Assembly: GCA_964473825.1 (NCBI GenBank)
Contig: CAYYQL010000004.1
Location: 32,001-96,000, forward strand
Direction of reading: 5' to 3'
DNA from: an uncultured archaeon
GTDB taxonomy: Archaea > Asgardarchaeota > Thorarchaeia > Thorarchaeales > Thorarchaeaceae
Length of the DNA stretch: 64,000 nt
The notes under the pieces were generated by a model that saw only the letters and a list, made by a program, of their open reading frames with translations, had not been told where the DNA came from and ran no database searches. This document shows, in pieces, positions 8,374 to 19,101 of this stretch. Numbering within the stretch: position 1 is the first letter of the stretch; each line of letters begins with the position of its first letter. A program made the translations under genes and the position numbers.

Positions 8374-9966
8374 ATGACCAAGACCACGTTTACGTTCAAG
8401 GAACTGAAGAGAACAAATCATAGAGAGATAAAAGAACTCCAAGACAAGAAGTTCAAGGCCTTCATACGCTATCAGGTCTGGCCTAATCATCCCTATTATC
8501 GGCGTCTTTTCAAGGAGAATGATATTGATCCCTACAATATCACATGCATCGAAGACTGGGAAAAATATCAGGTTCCACTTATCAGGAAGGTTGACTATAA
8601 AGACAACCTCAGGGAGTTTGTGCTGAATCCCTCGGAGGTAGATGGTCAGGACCGCCCTCCAGCTGAGATTGTGAGGAACGTAATGGCCTATTCTAAAGCT
8701 GCAGGCTATAATGAGCAATACAAGATGCTACGGAATAATGGCATCAAGACAAAACTGAAGATTGGTGCCGAAGCAGCGAAGGAGCGAATCAAGGACCGCC
8801 TGACCTACAACTATGCACCTCTTCAGTTCTGGCTGAGTTCGGGTAGAGCATCAGGTCTTCCTGCTCCTGTGTTCCTGACGCGTCATGATAATGACCTGTT
8901 ATTCAAGAACTGTGTCAAGGTGGGTCAGATGGCTGTCGATCCTTGGGCAGCTGAAGGTTGGGAGCTTATCAGCATGAATCTGTTCCCATACGCGCCGCAT
9001 CTTGGATGGCATGCTGTGAATCTCGGTCTGAAGCAGATGTCGAAATTCTATGTCGCCACCAGTGCAGGGGGTGCTATTCCGAGCGCGAAGCTTGTAGAGA
9101 TCGCCAAGGGTTTCCATGTTAATGGCTTTGCAGGCATGCCCTCCTATCTACGAAATCGATTCTTCCGAGAGATGAAAGAAGCAGACTATGAGGCGCCAGA
9201 GAAGATAGTTCTTCTGCTTGCAGGTGAGAAGATTTACGGCCCAGTTGTCGATGATATGATAGAAACTCTTGAGAGCAAAGGCGCCAAGGAAGTTCGCGTC
9301 ATCGGTGGTTACGCCTCATCAGAGAGTAAGATATCCTTTGGAGTTCAGTGTTGCTACGATGGCCCCTACCACAACGTCAGTCCTCTGATGCTTTCATTCG
9401 AGTTTGTCAGGGTCAATGATGACGGGAGCTGGGAGTTCGTGGATGAAGATGAGTCTGGTCATGTCACGCTGTTCCATCTCGATGGCACCGGTACAATCTT
9501 CGAAGGCTTCCTCTTGGGTGATGTTGCTTCACGACACGAGAATGGTAAGTGCCCAATGTGTGGAATGGACGGCCCCTTCTTCTGGGATATCGGTCGACAG
9601 AACGATGCCCAGGCTCAGATAGAAATCATGGGCCTTAGCGAAAAGAAGGTCAAGGGTGCAACCGTCAACCTTACAGCACTGCGGAGCGATCTTCTCCAGC
9701 TAGGAGAGGTAGAAGAGATCCAAGTGGAAATTGCAAAGGAAGACATGGACGATCCATACAGCATGGATGTTCTCAATGTATATGTGGCTCCTAAGGGTTC
9801 AGCTGACGCCAACTACGATTCCTTGATTTCTGAAATCAAGCGGATCACCAAGAACTCGACAGAAGTGACTCCTAGTGTCTTCATCATGCCATTTGAGCAG
9901 TTGATGGAGAAGGCTGGTGGGATGAAGTTCATGGAGATATCCGATGTTCGGCCTAAGCCGGCCTAA
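8374..9966 (+). CDS. Phenylacetate-CoA ligase / coenzyme F390 synthetase-like adenylate-forming enzyme
   Basis: HPYYRRLF, SSGRASGLP (A3-like loop), AGEK, GYASSE, GD and KVKG; GGAGG RBS before ATG 8374. Confidence 0.8.
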   Translation: MTKTTFTFKELKRTNHREIKELQDKKFKAFIRYQVWPNHPYYRRLFKENDIDPYNITCIEDWEKYQVPLIRKVDYKDNLREFVLNPSEVDGQDRPPAEIVRNVMAYSKAAGYNEQYKMLRNNGIKTKLKIGAEAAKERIKDRLTYNYAPLQFWLSSGRASGLPAPVFLTRHDNDLLFKNCVKVGQMAVDPWAAEGWELISMNLFPYAPHLGWHAVNLGLKQMSKFYVATSAGGAIPSAKLVEIAKGFHVNGFAGMPSYLRNRFFREMKEADYEAPEKIVLLLAGEKIYGPVVDDMIETLESKGAKEVRVIGGYASSESKISFGVQCCYDGPYHNVSPLMLSFEFVRVNDDGSWEFVDEDESGHVTLFHLDGTGTIFEGFLLGDVASRHENGKCPMCGMDGPFFWDIGRQNDAQAQIEIMGLSEKKVKGATVNLTALRSDLLQLGEVEEIQVEIAKEDMDDPYSMDVLNVYVAPKGSADANYDSLISEIKRITKNSTEVTPSVFIMPFEQLMEKAGGMKFMEISDVRPKPA

Positions 9967-10004
9967 GATCCCTCGTATCGCTCTTCGCAGATGATATAAC
10001 CGGA

Positions 10005-10982
10005 ATGTACTTGCATACAGAGAGGAGAAGAAAAGTGGCACTAGAATCAAGTCCGGGTGCTAGACCCGTCGATAAAGTCCCAAGAGAGTATAGGCTTTCC
10101 GCGTTAGGTCTTGTTTCAAGGACGCTTTCCCTATACGGACGACGGATCTTAGAATATATCCTCCTGATAGGATTGCTTGGAATAATGTATACGCTTCTGA
10201 GTTATGCTGTTCTGTGGATCATATTCCCATCTCAGGCGCTCGATTTAATTGATCTGGTGGCAACGGACCCACTCAGTGTGGTACTAAATCTATTGCTATT
10301 TGCTGTAGCCCCCGAGGAGAGCGCGGCCATTTTGCTCATCCTGATGGTCGCTGGTATGATTATCTTAGCTGCTTCTGCAGGTGCAGCAATCCGCCTCACT
10401 CTATCCGACTACGCAGATCCCGGTTCTAGCTCAGTGAGCGGCAGTCTATCCTATTCCATTTCTCGTATAGCTCCATTGATTGGAGTACAGCTCGTAGTCG
10501 GACTTATCTCCCTGGCGATCTTCTTACCGGGAATTCTCTTTGCCTTCGGTATTTTGTTCTTGGTCCTTATCGGGCAGCAAGTGTCTATCGAGCTTCTTCT
10601 GCTAGCTGTGATCGCACTTATCGGATCATTGATAGTCGTCGTCTATGTGAATGTCCGATTGTCTCCAGCACTAGCTGTCTGTGTTGCTGAGAATAATGGG
10701 ACAGTGGACTCAGTCAAGAGGGCGTGGGGTCTCACAGGCGGCAACTTCTGGCATATAGTAGGTGCCCGTCTACTCCTTGGTCTCCTTATCGGTATGCTAG
10801 GGGCAGTAATTGCTTTCTTTTTCAATGAAACAGGAGTTCTTGGAGAATGGAGTTCCATAACATCTTCTCTTGTTGTAGCCTTGTTTTTCAACCCGATTGA
10901 TTATGTCTTTCAGGCTGTGCTGTATCGAGACCTCGAAGCTAGAGAATCCACTGAGCTCGAGCGGACCCAAGATTGGTGGTAA
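10005..10982 (+). CDS. Multi-pass membrane protein (GDPD membrane-domain-like)
   Basis: ~6-7 TM helices; SVKRAWGLTGGNFW and LYRDL motifs. Confidence 0.75.
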   Translation: MYLHTERRRKVALESSPGARPVDKVPREYRLSALGLVSRTLSLYGRRILEYILLIGLLGIMYTLLSYAVLWIIFPSQALDLIDLVATDPLSVVLNLLLFAVAPEESAAILLILMVAGMIILAASAGAAIRLTLSDYADPGSSSVSGSLSYSISRIAPLIGVQLVVGLISLAIFLPGILFAFGILFLVLIGQQVSIELLLLAVIALIGSLIVVVYVNVRLSPALAVCVAENNGTVDSVKRAWGLTGGNFWHIVGARLLLGLLIGMLGAVIAFFFNETGVLGEWSSITSSLVVALFFNPIDYVFQAVLYRDLEARESTELERTQDWW

Positions 10983-11048
10983 AAACGAGCGTCAGTGGAA
11001 AGACCATGCACGGTGCCTCTCACTGGCTCTATTGTCCAATTTTCATTT

Positions 11049-11432
11049 CTATCTGAAGACGCCCTTCGTGTTCGGTTCATTCAGATATATCACGATGATC
11101 AGGGACACCACGACGCTCCAGATACTGCCACCGATCAGACCTATTAGGATTCCCAAGATGTTCAGTATCATTGCCCATATCCAAGCCCAGGATTGGAGGT
11201 TCCAAAGGCCCAACCCTATATAGAACGAGAATAGGCCAATGAGTACTATGAATGCCCCTAAGGCTGTTCCTATAATCGGTAGAACAATACTCCCACCGAT
11301 CAGAACGACAACACCCGCCAGCAGCAGCGTTATTGCCTGCAGGAATTGGAGTAGGGCCAGGATGGTGACACCAAGAGGTCTTTCTCTGTCTGGCCGCTTG
11401 GTTGCATCTCCAGGTAGTGGTATCTCTGTCAT
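11049..11432 (-). CDS. Small 4-TM membrane protein
   Basis: RPLGVTILALL...GLWNLQSWAW...IYLNEP. Confidence 0.75.
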   Translation of the reverse strand: MTEIPLPGDATKRPDRERPLGVTILALLQFLQAITLLLAGVVVLIGGSIVLPIIGTALGAFIVLIGLFSFYIGLGLWNLQSWAWIWAMILNILGILIGLIGGSIWSVVVSLIIVIYLNEPNTKGVFR

Positions 11433-11510
11433 TTTTCAGTCTCCTTCATACCATGTCTGTTGAGCTATACCGATGCAGCTGCTAATATAGCATCTTCTTA
11501 TGCATCTCGC

Positions 11511-11545
11511 AAAGAAAAGAAAGGCATCCCGGGGGATTCCCGGGA
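11511..11545 (-). terminator. Hairpin plus pyrimidine tract downstream of the P-loop gene
   Basis: Minus strand TCCCGGG-AATC-CCCGGGA then TGCCTTTCTTTTCTTT. Confidence 0.6.
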
Positions 11546-11555
11546 CTGCAATGAA

Positions 11556-12890
11556 TTATCTGAGATTGTGTTTCTCAACGAACTCCTTGAGAATGTCCTC
11601 GAGATCGGGCTTGCCGATTTCTTGGAGGTCATACCGGACTCTGGTATTGGGCTTCTTGATATCGATCAGTTTCGCCAGGTCGATAGGAGTTCCGACCACA
11701 ACGGCATCTACATCAGCCTTGTCGATGGTCTTCTCTAGCTCTTTCATCTGTTCCTTGCCATAGCCCATGGCAGGCAGAACGTTCTCAAGGTGGGTGTACT
11801 TCTCGAAGGTGTCCTTGATACTGCCCACTGCAAAGGGGCGTGGGTCTACAATCTCGGCTCCAGCCTTCCTTGCTGCGATGTATCCTGCCCCGTAGGGCAT
11901 CTCACCGTGAGTAACAGTTGGACCATCCTCTATGACCAGCACTCTCTTACCTCGGATGATTGACATGTCATCCAATCCCACTGGTGAGGCCGCATCAACA
12001 ATGATGGCATCGGGATTGACTCTCTGAACATTCTCCCGTACCTTCTGTATGTTCTCATAGTCGGCTGTTTCTACTTTGTTAATGATGACCACATCTGCCA
12101 TCCTTAGGTTGGTTTCGCCTGGATAGTATGAGGTCTCGTGTCCCGGTCTGTGCGGGTCAACAAGAACTATCAACAGGTCCGGCTTGTAGAATGGGAAGTC
12201 ATTGTTGCCTCCATCCCATGTGATTATGTCTGCCTCCTCTTCAGCCTGTCTGACTATCTTCTCGTAGTCCACGCCAGCATAGAGGATTACTCCCATATCG
12301 ATCATGGGCTCGTACTCTTCCCGCTCCTCGATTGTGCAGTTGTACTTGTCCATGTCCTCTAACTTCTCGTAACGTTGGGCAATCTGTGTCGTGAGATCGG
12401 GATCGTACGGCATCGGGTGACGGATGTTCACCGGCTGCAGCCCCATGTCAACAAGAATCTGGTTCACACGACGTGAAGTCTGACTCTTCCCGCAACCCGT
12501 TCGAACAGCACACACTGCCACAACGGGCTTCTTGCTCTCAAGCATTGTCGTTTCCGTACCCATCAACCTTAGGTCTGGTCCCAATGAGTTGACCCATGCA
12601 GTCTTATGACCAACGTAGTCATAGGGAAGGTCTGAGTATGCAAGGATGCATTGCTCTGGCTTGAATTTCTCGACTAGTTCCGGAAGCTTCTCCTCCGGGT
12701 AGATCTTGATTCCGTCTGGGTATAGGTCACCACTGAGTTCAGGTGGATAGTCCCTATCACCAATTCCAGGAATCTGCTGTGCAGTGAACGCTACAACTTC
12801 ATAGTCTTCGTTATCACGAAAAAAGCTGTTGAAATTGTGAAAGTCCCGGCCCGCCGCGCCCATTATGATTACCTTTTTCCTGTTCTTCAT
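11556..12890 (-). CDS. Cyclic 2,3-diphosphoglycerate synthetase-like P-loop GTPase (COG2403-like)
   Basis: GAAGRDFHNFN, AVRTGCGKS, IRHPMPY, CTIEEREEYEP, WDGGNND and EDGPT; GGTGA RBS before ATG 12890. Confidence 0.88.
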   Translation of the reverse strand: MKNRKKVIIMGAAGRDFHNFNSFFRDNEDYEVVAFTAQQIPGIGDRDYPPELSGDLYPDGIKIYPEEKLPELVEKFKPEQCILAYSDLPYDYVGHKTAWVNSLGPDLRLMGTETTMLESKKPVVAVCAVRTGCGKSQTSRRVNQILVDMGLQPVNIRHPMPYDPDLTTQIAQRYEKLEDMDKYNCTIEEREEYEPMIDMGVILYAGVDYEKIVRQAEEEADIITWDGGNNDFPFYKPDLLIVLVDPHRPGHETSYYPGETNLRMADVVIINKVETADYENIQKVRENVQRVNPDAIIVDAASPVGLDDMSIIRGKRVLVIEDGPTVTHGEMPYGAGYIAARKAGAEIVDPRPFAVGSIKDTFEKYTHLENVLPAMGYGKEQMKELEKTIDKADVDAVVVGTPIDLAKLIDIKKPNTRVRYDLQEIGKPDLEDILKEFVEKHNLR

Positions 12891-13044
12891 TGAAATCACC
12901 GCAAAGAAGCATGGTAGTACTGCTTCCAAGAAGACTTGGAGTTTCTTAATAGCCTTACGGTATAGAGGAATCAAATTGAGAAGCATTTCAGCTTCCGCGT
13001 TCAGGCACATCACAACAGAACTGGAATCGGCGAGTGCCCCCGGA

Positions 13045-13667
13045 TTACTCTCCGCGCATCAAATGATTCAAGGCGCGCATTCTCATGTGAGGCCCTGTTG
13101 TTATACTTAGCAGACCAAGGCGGACAGAGCGGGGCAGGATTTTGTAGACCAGTTGGTTGAGTATTGCAATCACTCCACTTATCCTTGCCTTCTCCCCGAT
13201 ATTCACCATCCTCGGGTCCGAGTTCATGAAGCCGTACGGTCTAAGGGGTCTTGTCCCATGCAGTTTCGATGAGTACGTCACATTGTCCGAGTCATCCGGT
13301 GGGTCGATGAGAACTAGATCATACGTATCATCAAGGTTCGACCTGACCTGCCTCCTATCAGTCACATCCAGGCAGAAGGTCGGGTTCGCCTCCGGCTTGA
13401 TGTCCACCGTGTGTAGGGTCGGACGCTTCACCACACTCCCTCCGAAGGGGAACAGCATCATGGTCTTGTTGGGGTCGAAGTCTGGAACCAGCTGGAGCAC
13501 CAACAGGAGAGTTCCGAACCTCTCGATAAGCCAGCGGGGAACCTCCCACGATACGGTCCCATCGCCCCTCCGAATACCCACCTACCATCTATGATGGGGT
13601 GCTTGCCGATGGCTGGATGCTCGCGAAAGCCCGTGACAGCGTGTTCTGCTTGAGCTGTTCCACACAC
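13045..13667 (-). pseudogene. Frameshifted DNA amino-methyltransferase-like gene
   Basis: GRWVFGGAMGPYRGRFPAG in one frame continues as LIERF...LFPFGG...VDIKPEANP...DLVLIDPPD in another (shift near 13530); DPPY appears as DPPD. Confidence 0.55.
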
Positions 13668-14940
13668 TTCGGGTCGGGTGTCGGTCTCCCTCAGAGGTCG
13701 CTAAGTTCATACTCGTACATCCGCGAACCAGGCGGGGTCGGTCTTGGTGTCCGGGATATCGCCGCTCAATCACTAGACCCTGATCCAGAGGCGTAGTCCT
13801 AAGCCCGTATAAGCGCATCATGCATGGTTCTGTGAGGAAGCTCGACTCTCCTCCCATCCGAGACCGTGTCCTTCACAACCTTGAGAGGTACGAGGAGCTT
13901 GGCGGGCGTTCCGTTCGCAGAATGGTGACGGTGACTCTCAGAGATTGCTCAGAGCTGTGGGACTCCCAAACTGACCTCATACACTTGGAGTCGGTCTTCG
14001 AACAGCCCCTTCGGTTCCAGGTGACAAACCGCCTTCATCGACATGATCAACCTCGACGTCTGCGAGCCCCTACCCACCAACACCACCGGGAAGCCCTCTC
14101 GGAACTGGAAGAGTGCTGGTCAGCTCTATCCGAAAGGGGTGTGTATCGGTCACTGCTGGTCGCGCTATCATCAGTGTGTCTCTTGTGTGAGGTGCTGGTG
14201 ATGGGGCTCTCAGACTATGACCAACTGGCTCTCGTTCCAAGGACAAGAAGGGCATAGGCCGCAGACACAATCAAATGGAGGGTTTGTGAGCAAACTCTGC
14301 TGACAAAGAAGCGACTGGTATCAACTCAAGTCAAGCAGGATGAGCAATGGATAAGAACAACAGCGATGTTAGCTACTTGTTTGCAGTCCTCACAGAGTCG
14401 GCTGAAGCGAAAGAGCCTGGGCCAGCAGTCGAGGCACCTGCACTGGTCCACGGGTTGCCCGGTGTTCTCGCAGCGATGACTGGATGAGGTGTCATCGTTC
14501 ACGGCCTCTCTCCTCCTCGTCCATCGCTCAGTCTTCTGACAGTTCTCACATGGATAGCAGGCGCTTGCCTGTTTCCATCCCGCTGAGGATAGTCTTCAGG
14601 GTCATACTTGTTCGACTCATCCGTAATCCGCCGGATCGCATCCATGACAGCTGGTGTCTCCTCTTCAGTTCTGACCGGTCGGGACGCATTCCCAAACCGT
14701 GGGATAAGAATGGGTGGAAAGTATCATAAGTTGTACGTCGAACAGGTCCGGGCTCTCTTGGCGGTCTTCTCGATGCACACGAGGGTCAGGGCGTCGTGTT
14801 ATGGCTATGACGGCCTAAGAGTGCTCTGGTCGTTACAGATAATGTGGATAACCCTCATTACGTTCCTACCTTGGACAAAGGTATACACAACACGACCAAA
14901 TCCGATCATCTCCCGTGATGTCCGAAGAGAAGGTCATAGT

Positions 14941-15548
14941 CAGGGTGTCCTGACCAACCTTGTCGTGGTGTACGACAGGATGGGAAAGAGCGATGAGGTG
15001 ATAGCCATGTAGCGGCGGGCGGTCGGGTTGGAGTGCGAGAACCCGGAGGTCTGGTCGTACCTAGGACTTTTTCTCACAAATGCTCGCGAGGACGCTGAGG
15101 CTGACCGTGTGCTACACGAGGGCATCGAGTTGGATCCATCGAGCCATCGGCTTTCTACTGGCTGGCCTGCGTGTTGGAGCGGTTCGAGGAGTACGAGGAG
15201 GCACTGGACTGCATCACCGCGGCTATCGAGCTGGATCCTGACGAGCCAGAGTATCGACTGTTGCTTGCAGAGTGGTTGATGGCTGCTGGAGAGTTCGACG
15301 ATACTAAGGCACAGATGGCAATTGTACTATCGATAGATGTCTACAACCGCGAGGCAAAGGAGCTTGGGGACAGGGTGCGTATCCGTCGAGTCGCCGGGGG
15401 CGACCCGAACTTGACGGTCTTTGTGCATGACCGGTCTGAGCAGTTGATTGATCTGCTAAATCTCTTGATGAGGTGTCAGGCTATCATTGTCAGAGGGTGT
15501 GGACAGGTGGAGTTTGAACTGCTGACCGAAGGTGGAGAAGCGGATTAG
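14941..15548 (+). pseudogene. TPR-repeat protein pseudogene
   Basis: LTNLVVVYDRMGKSDEVIAM*(TAG 15010)RRAVGLECENPEVWSYLG...IELDP, then a frameshift to LERFEEYEEALDCITAAIELDPDEPEY. Confidence 0.7.
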
Positions 15549-15832
15549 GCCCACTATGCGGTGACTGGGATCTCACTACGGGGGCATCGCCCTATGGAGG
15601 ACATCCCGAACGACCTACATACTCTTCTGGGCGACCGGACGGGCCCACACAAACTGAGCAGAGAAGGTTCAGTCTTGGAGCTGGTGGTAAGCATGCGGGA
15701 TTATTGAACTCCCTCCCTGCACTCTGAAGACTCATGTACCAAAATGGCTTCCCACTATGAAGAAAAAAAGTAGTCTTATTAGATACTCCACGATGAATGT
15801 AACACATCCACTGATCTGACAGGGGTTTATTC

Positions 15833-16951
15833 ATGTTACAGAGAGAAACGTGGCTCGTCTGTGTTATGTTCGGTATACTTGTGGCGTCGATGGCCTTTGT
15901 TGGAGCGAATAGCATCCCAACGGAGACCAAGACCGGCTCTCTACCGATACATCAGACCGCCTTTGCAGATTATGTCAATGATTCCGCACGTGTGTTCCAA
16001 TTTCAGGACTTGGTCATCGATAACGGTTCATTCATTGTCGTTGATCCTGGTTCTGAGTACTACTCCATCAACGAGAGCCAGGCTCGCGAGAACGCAATAT
16101 CGTTCTTCCAATTGAACTACCCGGAGTGGGACTGGTCCTCATTTCATCTTATATATGCCAGTAGGGTCTCCCATATACCTGCGTGGCGCTTCTTCGTCCT
16201 GGAGAAGAGCATCTGGGTACAGGTGAGCGCGGCCTCAGGGGAGGTAATCATGTTTGAGTGTACAAGTGGCGCTCTCAGAGGTGTTCGGGAGAATCAGACA
16301 GAACCAATCACACTACCTGCTGCGGAGGCCTCTGCAATGGCCTTCCTCAGTCTGAACAACATCACATTGCCGGCGGATGCACACTACTGTGGGGCCATTC
16401 AATATCATCCATCCGATAACTACCGGATTGCGTTCGAACACATCTCTAATGGGATTCCTATCAAATCTCCTCCATCATTCTCATTGGGGTGCAGCGGGGA
16501 TGGCATCGTTGTTGAGGTCGATGCTCTGACAGGGCGGGTCTGCGGGTTCTATTACGTCTGGCGCAATCTCGGCGTTGTCACACTCAGTCGAACGATAAGT
16601 AAGTTCAGTGCGTATGACATAGCAGAACAGGTTACTGGGAAACGCGTTGTCATGTGCAACCTCACTGTGAGCGATACGGTGGACACAGACAATGTGTCAC
16701 ATCATATGCGCCTTGTCTGGTATGTTGTGACTTCTGGTAATGTATCACGATGTGATATGCTCATTGATGCGCGCACCGGTGAAGTCGTGCAGACTATACC
16801 GTACCGCGAGAGCCTGGACCTGGCAATCTTGGAGCGCCCCTCCGAAATGCTCTGGATTCTCTTTACGGTGACAAGTATAGCGGTTGCTGGTGCCGTGGCC
16901 CTCTCCACAGAGTACGCTCTAAGAAGATCCAATTGCCTAGTGGAAGCGTAG
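15833..16951 (+). CDS. Exported PepSY/YcdB-like repeat protein with C-terminal TM anchor
   Basis: Signal peptide; repeated V(S/D)AxxGEV motifs (VSAASGEV, VDALTGRV, IDARTGEV); C-terminal hydrophobic helix. Confidence 0.7.
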   Translation: MLQRETWLVCVMFGILVASMAFVGANSIPTETKTGSLPIHQTAFADYVNDSARVFQFQDLVIDNGSFIVVDPGSEYYSINESQARENAISFFQLNYPEWDWSSFHLIYASRVSHIPAWRFFVLEKSIWVQVSAASGEVIMFECTSGALRGVRENQTEPITLPAAEASAMAFLSLNNITLPADAHYCGAIQYHPSDNYRIAFEHISNGIPIKSPPSFSLGCSGDGIVVEVDALTGRVCGFYYVWRNLGVVTLSRTISKFSAYDIAEQVTGKRVVMCNLTVSDTVDTDNVSHHMRLVWYVVTSGNVSRCDMLIDARTGEVVQTIPYRESLDLAILERPSEMLWILFTVTSIAVAGAVALSTEYALRRSNCLVEA

Positions 16952-16979
16952 TAGTCGACAGTTCTCTGGGGTGCCAAGG

Positions 16980-17423
16980 ATGAACGCTCACGATGAAGAC
17001 CTTGACCTGCATAGGACCACCCTGCAGGTCTATCGTTGGCTCATCACACAGAGCGAGGGTAGGACCCGTCGCGAGGTGAGAGACGGGGCGCAACTGTCTA
17101 GCGTCAGCCTCGCATCGTATCACCTAAAGAAGCTGGAGTCTCTAGGGCTTGTGACTGAGAATCAGCTTGGCCGCTATTCGGTTGTACGACTGATGCCTCT
17201 GGGAGAGCTCAGGTTTTACCTTCTTCTGGGCAACAGGCTCGTACCGCGTTTCGTCTTGTACTTCTCTTTCTACGGCACCTTTCTCTTGCTCTACTTGTTG
17301 TTCATGATGCCATATGTCCCCATCGACTTTACAGCTCTGATGGCTGTCCTAGCACTATTTGGAGTTATCACCTCCGCAATTGAGATATACATACTCCTCA
17401 GGTCGAAGGTCGGTGGAATATGA
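16980..17423 (+). CDS. Winged-HTH transcription factor with two C-terminal TM helices
   Basis: TTLQVYRWL...REVRDGAQLSSVSLASYHLKKLESLGLV...PRFVLYFSF plus TMs. Confidence 0.8.
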   Translation: MNAHDEDLDLHRTTLQVYRWLITQSEGRTRREVRDGAQLSSVSLASYHLKKLESLGLVTENQLGRYSVVRLMPLGELRFYLLLGNRLVPRFVLYFSFYGTFLLLYLLFMMPYVPIDFTALMAVLALFGVITSAIEIYILLRSKVGGI

Positions 17424-17437
17424 GGGGTGAGAATCTC

Positions 17438-18170
17438 GGCTCTGTTACGAAACTGATGTAATACTCGGATAGAAGGAGGGGGGTGGGACTAACCCTGATC
17501 AACCATGACCCTGTCCTACGACCAGGCCTATGATATGGCAGTCATCCACCACTATGACGTTGTTCCCTCCCTCCTTATGTGCCTTTGTACTACCCTGTCT
17601 CTTCCAGCGAACCACACCGGCCGTCCTCGGGTCTATCCCCTCTCCGCTCTCATTGTCCTGCTGGCACTCATGGGTCACTCTGGCATGACCTATCGAGAGT
17701 TCTGTGCTCTTACCAACAGAGATGAGCAGCTGCTCGCTCAACTGAACATCCCTCGTGCGCCCCACTACTCCACGCTCAATCGCGCCATGGACAGAGTCCC
17801 TCCTGAAGTCCTTCACCGTATGGTCAGCCTGATCGCATCCACGCACCCTCCTCCTCGAAGAGTGGCAGTGGACTCCACCGGGATGAGTCACACCACCGGA
17901 GGCGAGTGGTTCTCTGTGAGGTGCCAGGAGGCCCGTAGAAGGCGTTTTCACGGCCTCCACGCAGCTGTTGATGTTGACACCCTGATGGTGGCCTCGGTCA
18001 TGGTGAGAGAGCGACCTGGAGGAGATGCAACGATGCTGGTCCCCCTGCTCAAGGGGATGTGGACAGATGCCCTTCAAGTGGTGTACGGTGACAAGGCGTA
18101 CCTGTCGAGGAGCAATGTGACCTACATTCACAGGCTGGGAGCACGAGCTGTGCTGGAACCGAAGAGGGGG
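17438..18170 (+). mobile_element. IS5-family element remnant (left end only)
   Basis: GGCTCTGTTACGAAAC at 17438-17453 resembles GGC-starting IS5/IS903-type TIRs; transposase downstream; no right TIR seen. Confidence 0.6.
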
Positions 18171-18203
18171 ATTACAGTAGCGCATCAATCCATGAATGTA
18201 TGA
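17505..18203 (+). pseudogene. Truncated IS5-family DDE transposase
   Basis: GRPRVYP, PHYSTL, VAVDSTG, LHAAVD and YGDKAY; ends after EPKRG without the Y-x2-R-x3-E-x6-K motif carrying the third catalytic residue. Confidence 0.8.
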
Positions 18204-18661
18204 CAACTTCGCATCTATATGACTTCCACGAATTTGCGACTCAGAGATTCATCCGTATGGAGCCGCCAGTGCCGTACACAGCTGATGTGCTGTGGAAAAC
18301 TGTTCTGTTACCACTGTATGGAAGACTGGGTGAGTATGAACTAAGAACTGAGTTGAACTACGCGGACATTATAGATGAGGCGAAGACCCAAGTTCGCAGC
18401 TGGGTGACAGACAGCGAGCATTTGGTCAGAGGATTTGTGAACAGCGCTCTGAGTTTTCTCAATGACATAGGATGGGCGGAATACTTCGGTCCAGAGAAGC
18501 CGGTTGTGTTCTATCCAAACAAGGGGATAGGACAGGGAGATCTCAAGGAGTTATTCTGTGAGAAATGGTACAATTCAAAGACTAAACAAAGAAGACCCAT
18601 TTCGTCAAAGAAAGAAGTAGACTATCTACAGCTTACATTTGACACGGATGAGGGTGGATGA
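18200..18661 (+). CDS. Hypothetical protein, probably the C-terminal remnant of a larger gene
   Basis: The frame stays open upstream to the transposase junction (DYSSASIHECMTTSH...). Confidence 0.45.
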   Translation: MTTSHLYDFHEFATQRFIRMEPPVPYTADVLWKTVLLPLYGRLGEYELRTELNYADIIDEAKTQVRSWVTDSEHLVRGFVNSALSFLNDIGWAEYFGPEKPVVFYPNKGIGQGDLKELFCEKWYNSKTKQRRPISSKKEVDYLQLTFDTDEGG

Positions 18662-19101
18662 AGCCATATGGGTTATGTCATCGGTTGATAGAACAATCAA
18701 ATATGGATGGGTAACGATAGCTGAAGCCGAACTCATGGTTTTCCTTGTTCACCACCGATGAAGGAATCCTCCTCGGAGAAGATCTGTCAAAGCCACACGC
18801 CTTTGTCGTCAAAGGAAGCCTCTTCTCCATTCCCTTGCGGGAATTCACTGAGCGAGCGAGGAAGATGATCAGCAGTGGCGAACTACGCACTATGATTCCT
18901 GCGGAGCAACTAGATAGCCAAGACGAGAGAATGCTTGATTGTCTGGAGATGTTCCTATTTTCAGAAGGGAATCAGGAAACGGAATCGGGGATGGAATCTC
19001 TTTTCGGAAAGGAGGACGTTCCACAGTTCCTGCAGAGGCACCCGATATTGTCCGTTTCCATCGAGAGAATCAGACTTGGAAGGCACGCCAAGACAAACTA
19101 G
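18658..19101 (+). pseudogene. Hypothetical protein pseudogene
   Basis: ATG 18658 overlaps the previous stop and is in frame with ORF 18745-19101, but TAA and TAG intervene near 18712-18720. Confidence 0.35.

Noticed and set aside
12891-13013. N-terminal extension of the 485-aa ORF
   Set aside because: Family motif begins at MKNRKKVIIMGAAGRD with a GGTGA RBS; the extension is promoter region
13820-14940. Several 60-145 aa ORFs on both strands
   Set aside because: No recognisable motifs or consistent frame; treated as decayed island sequence
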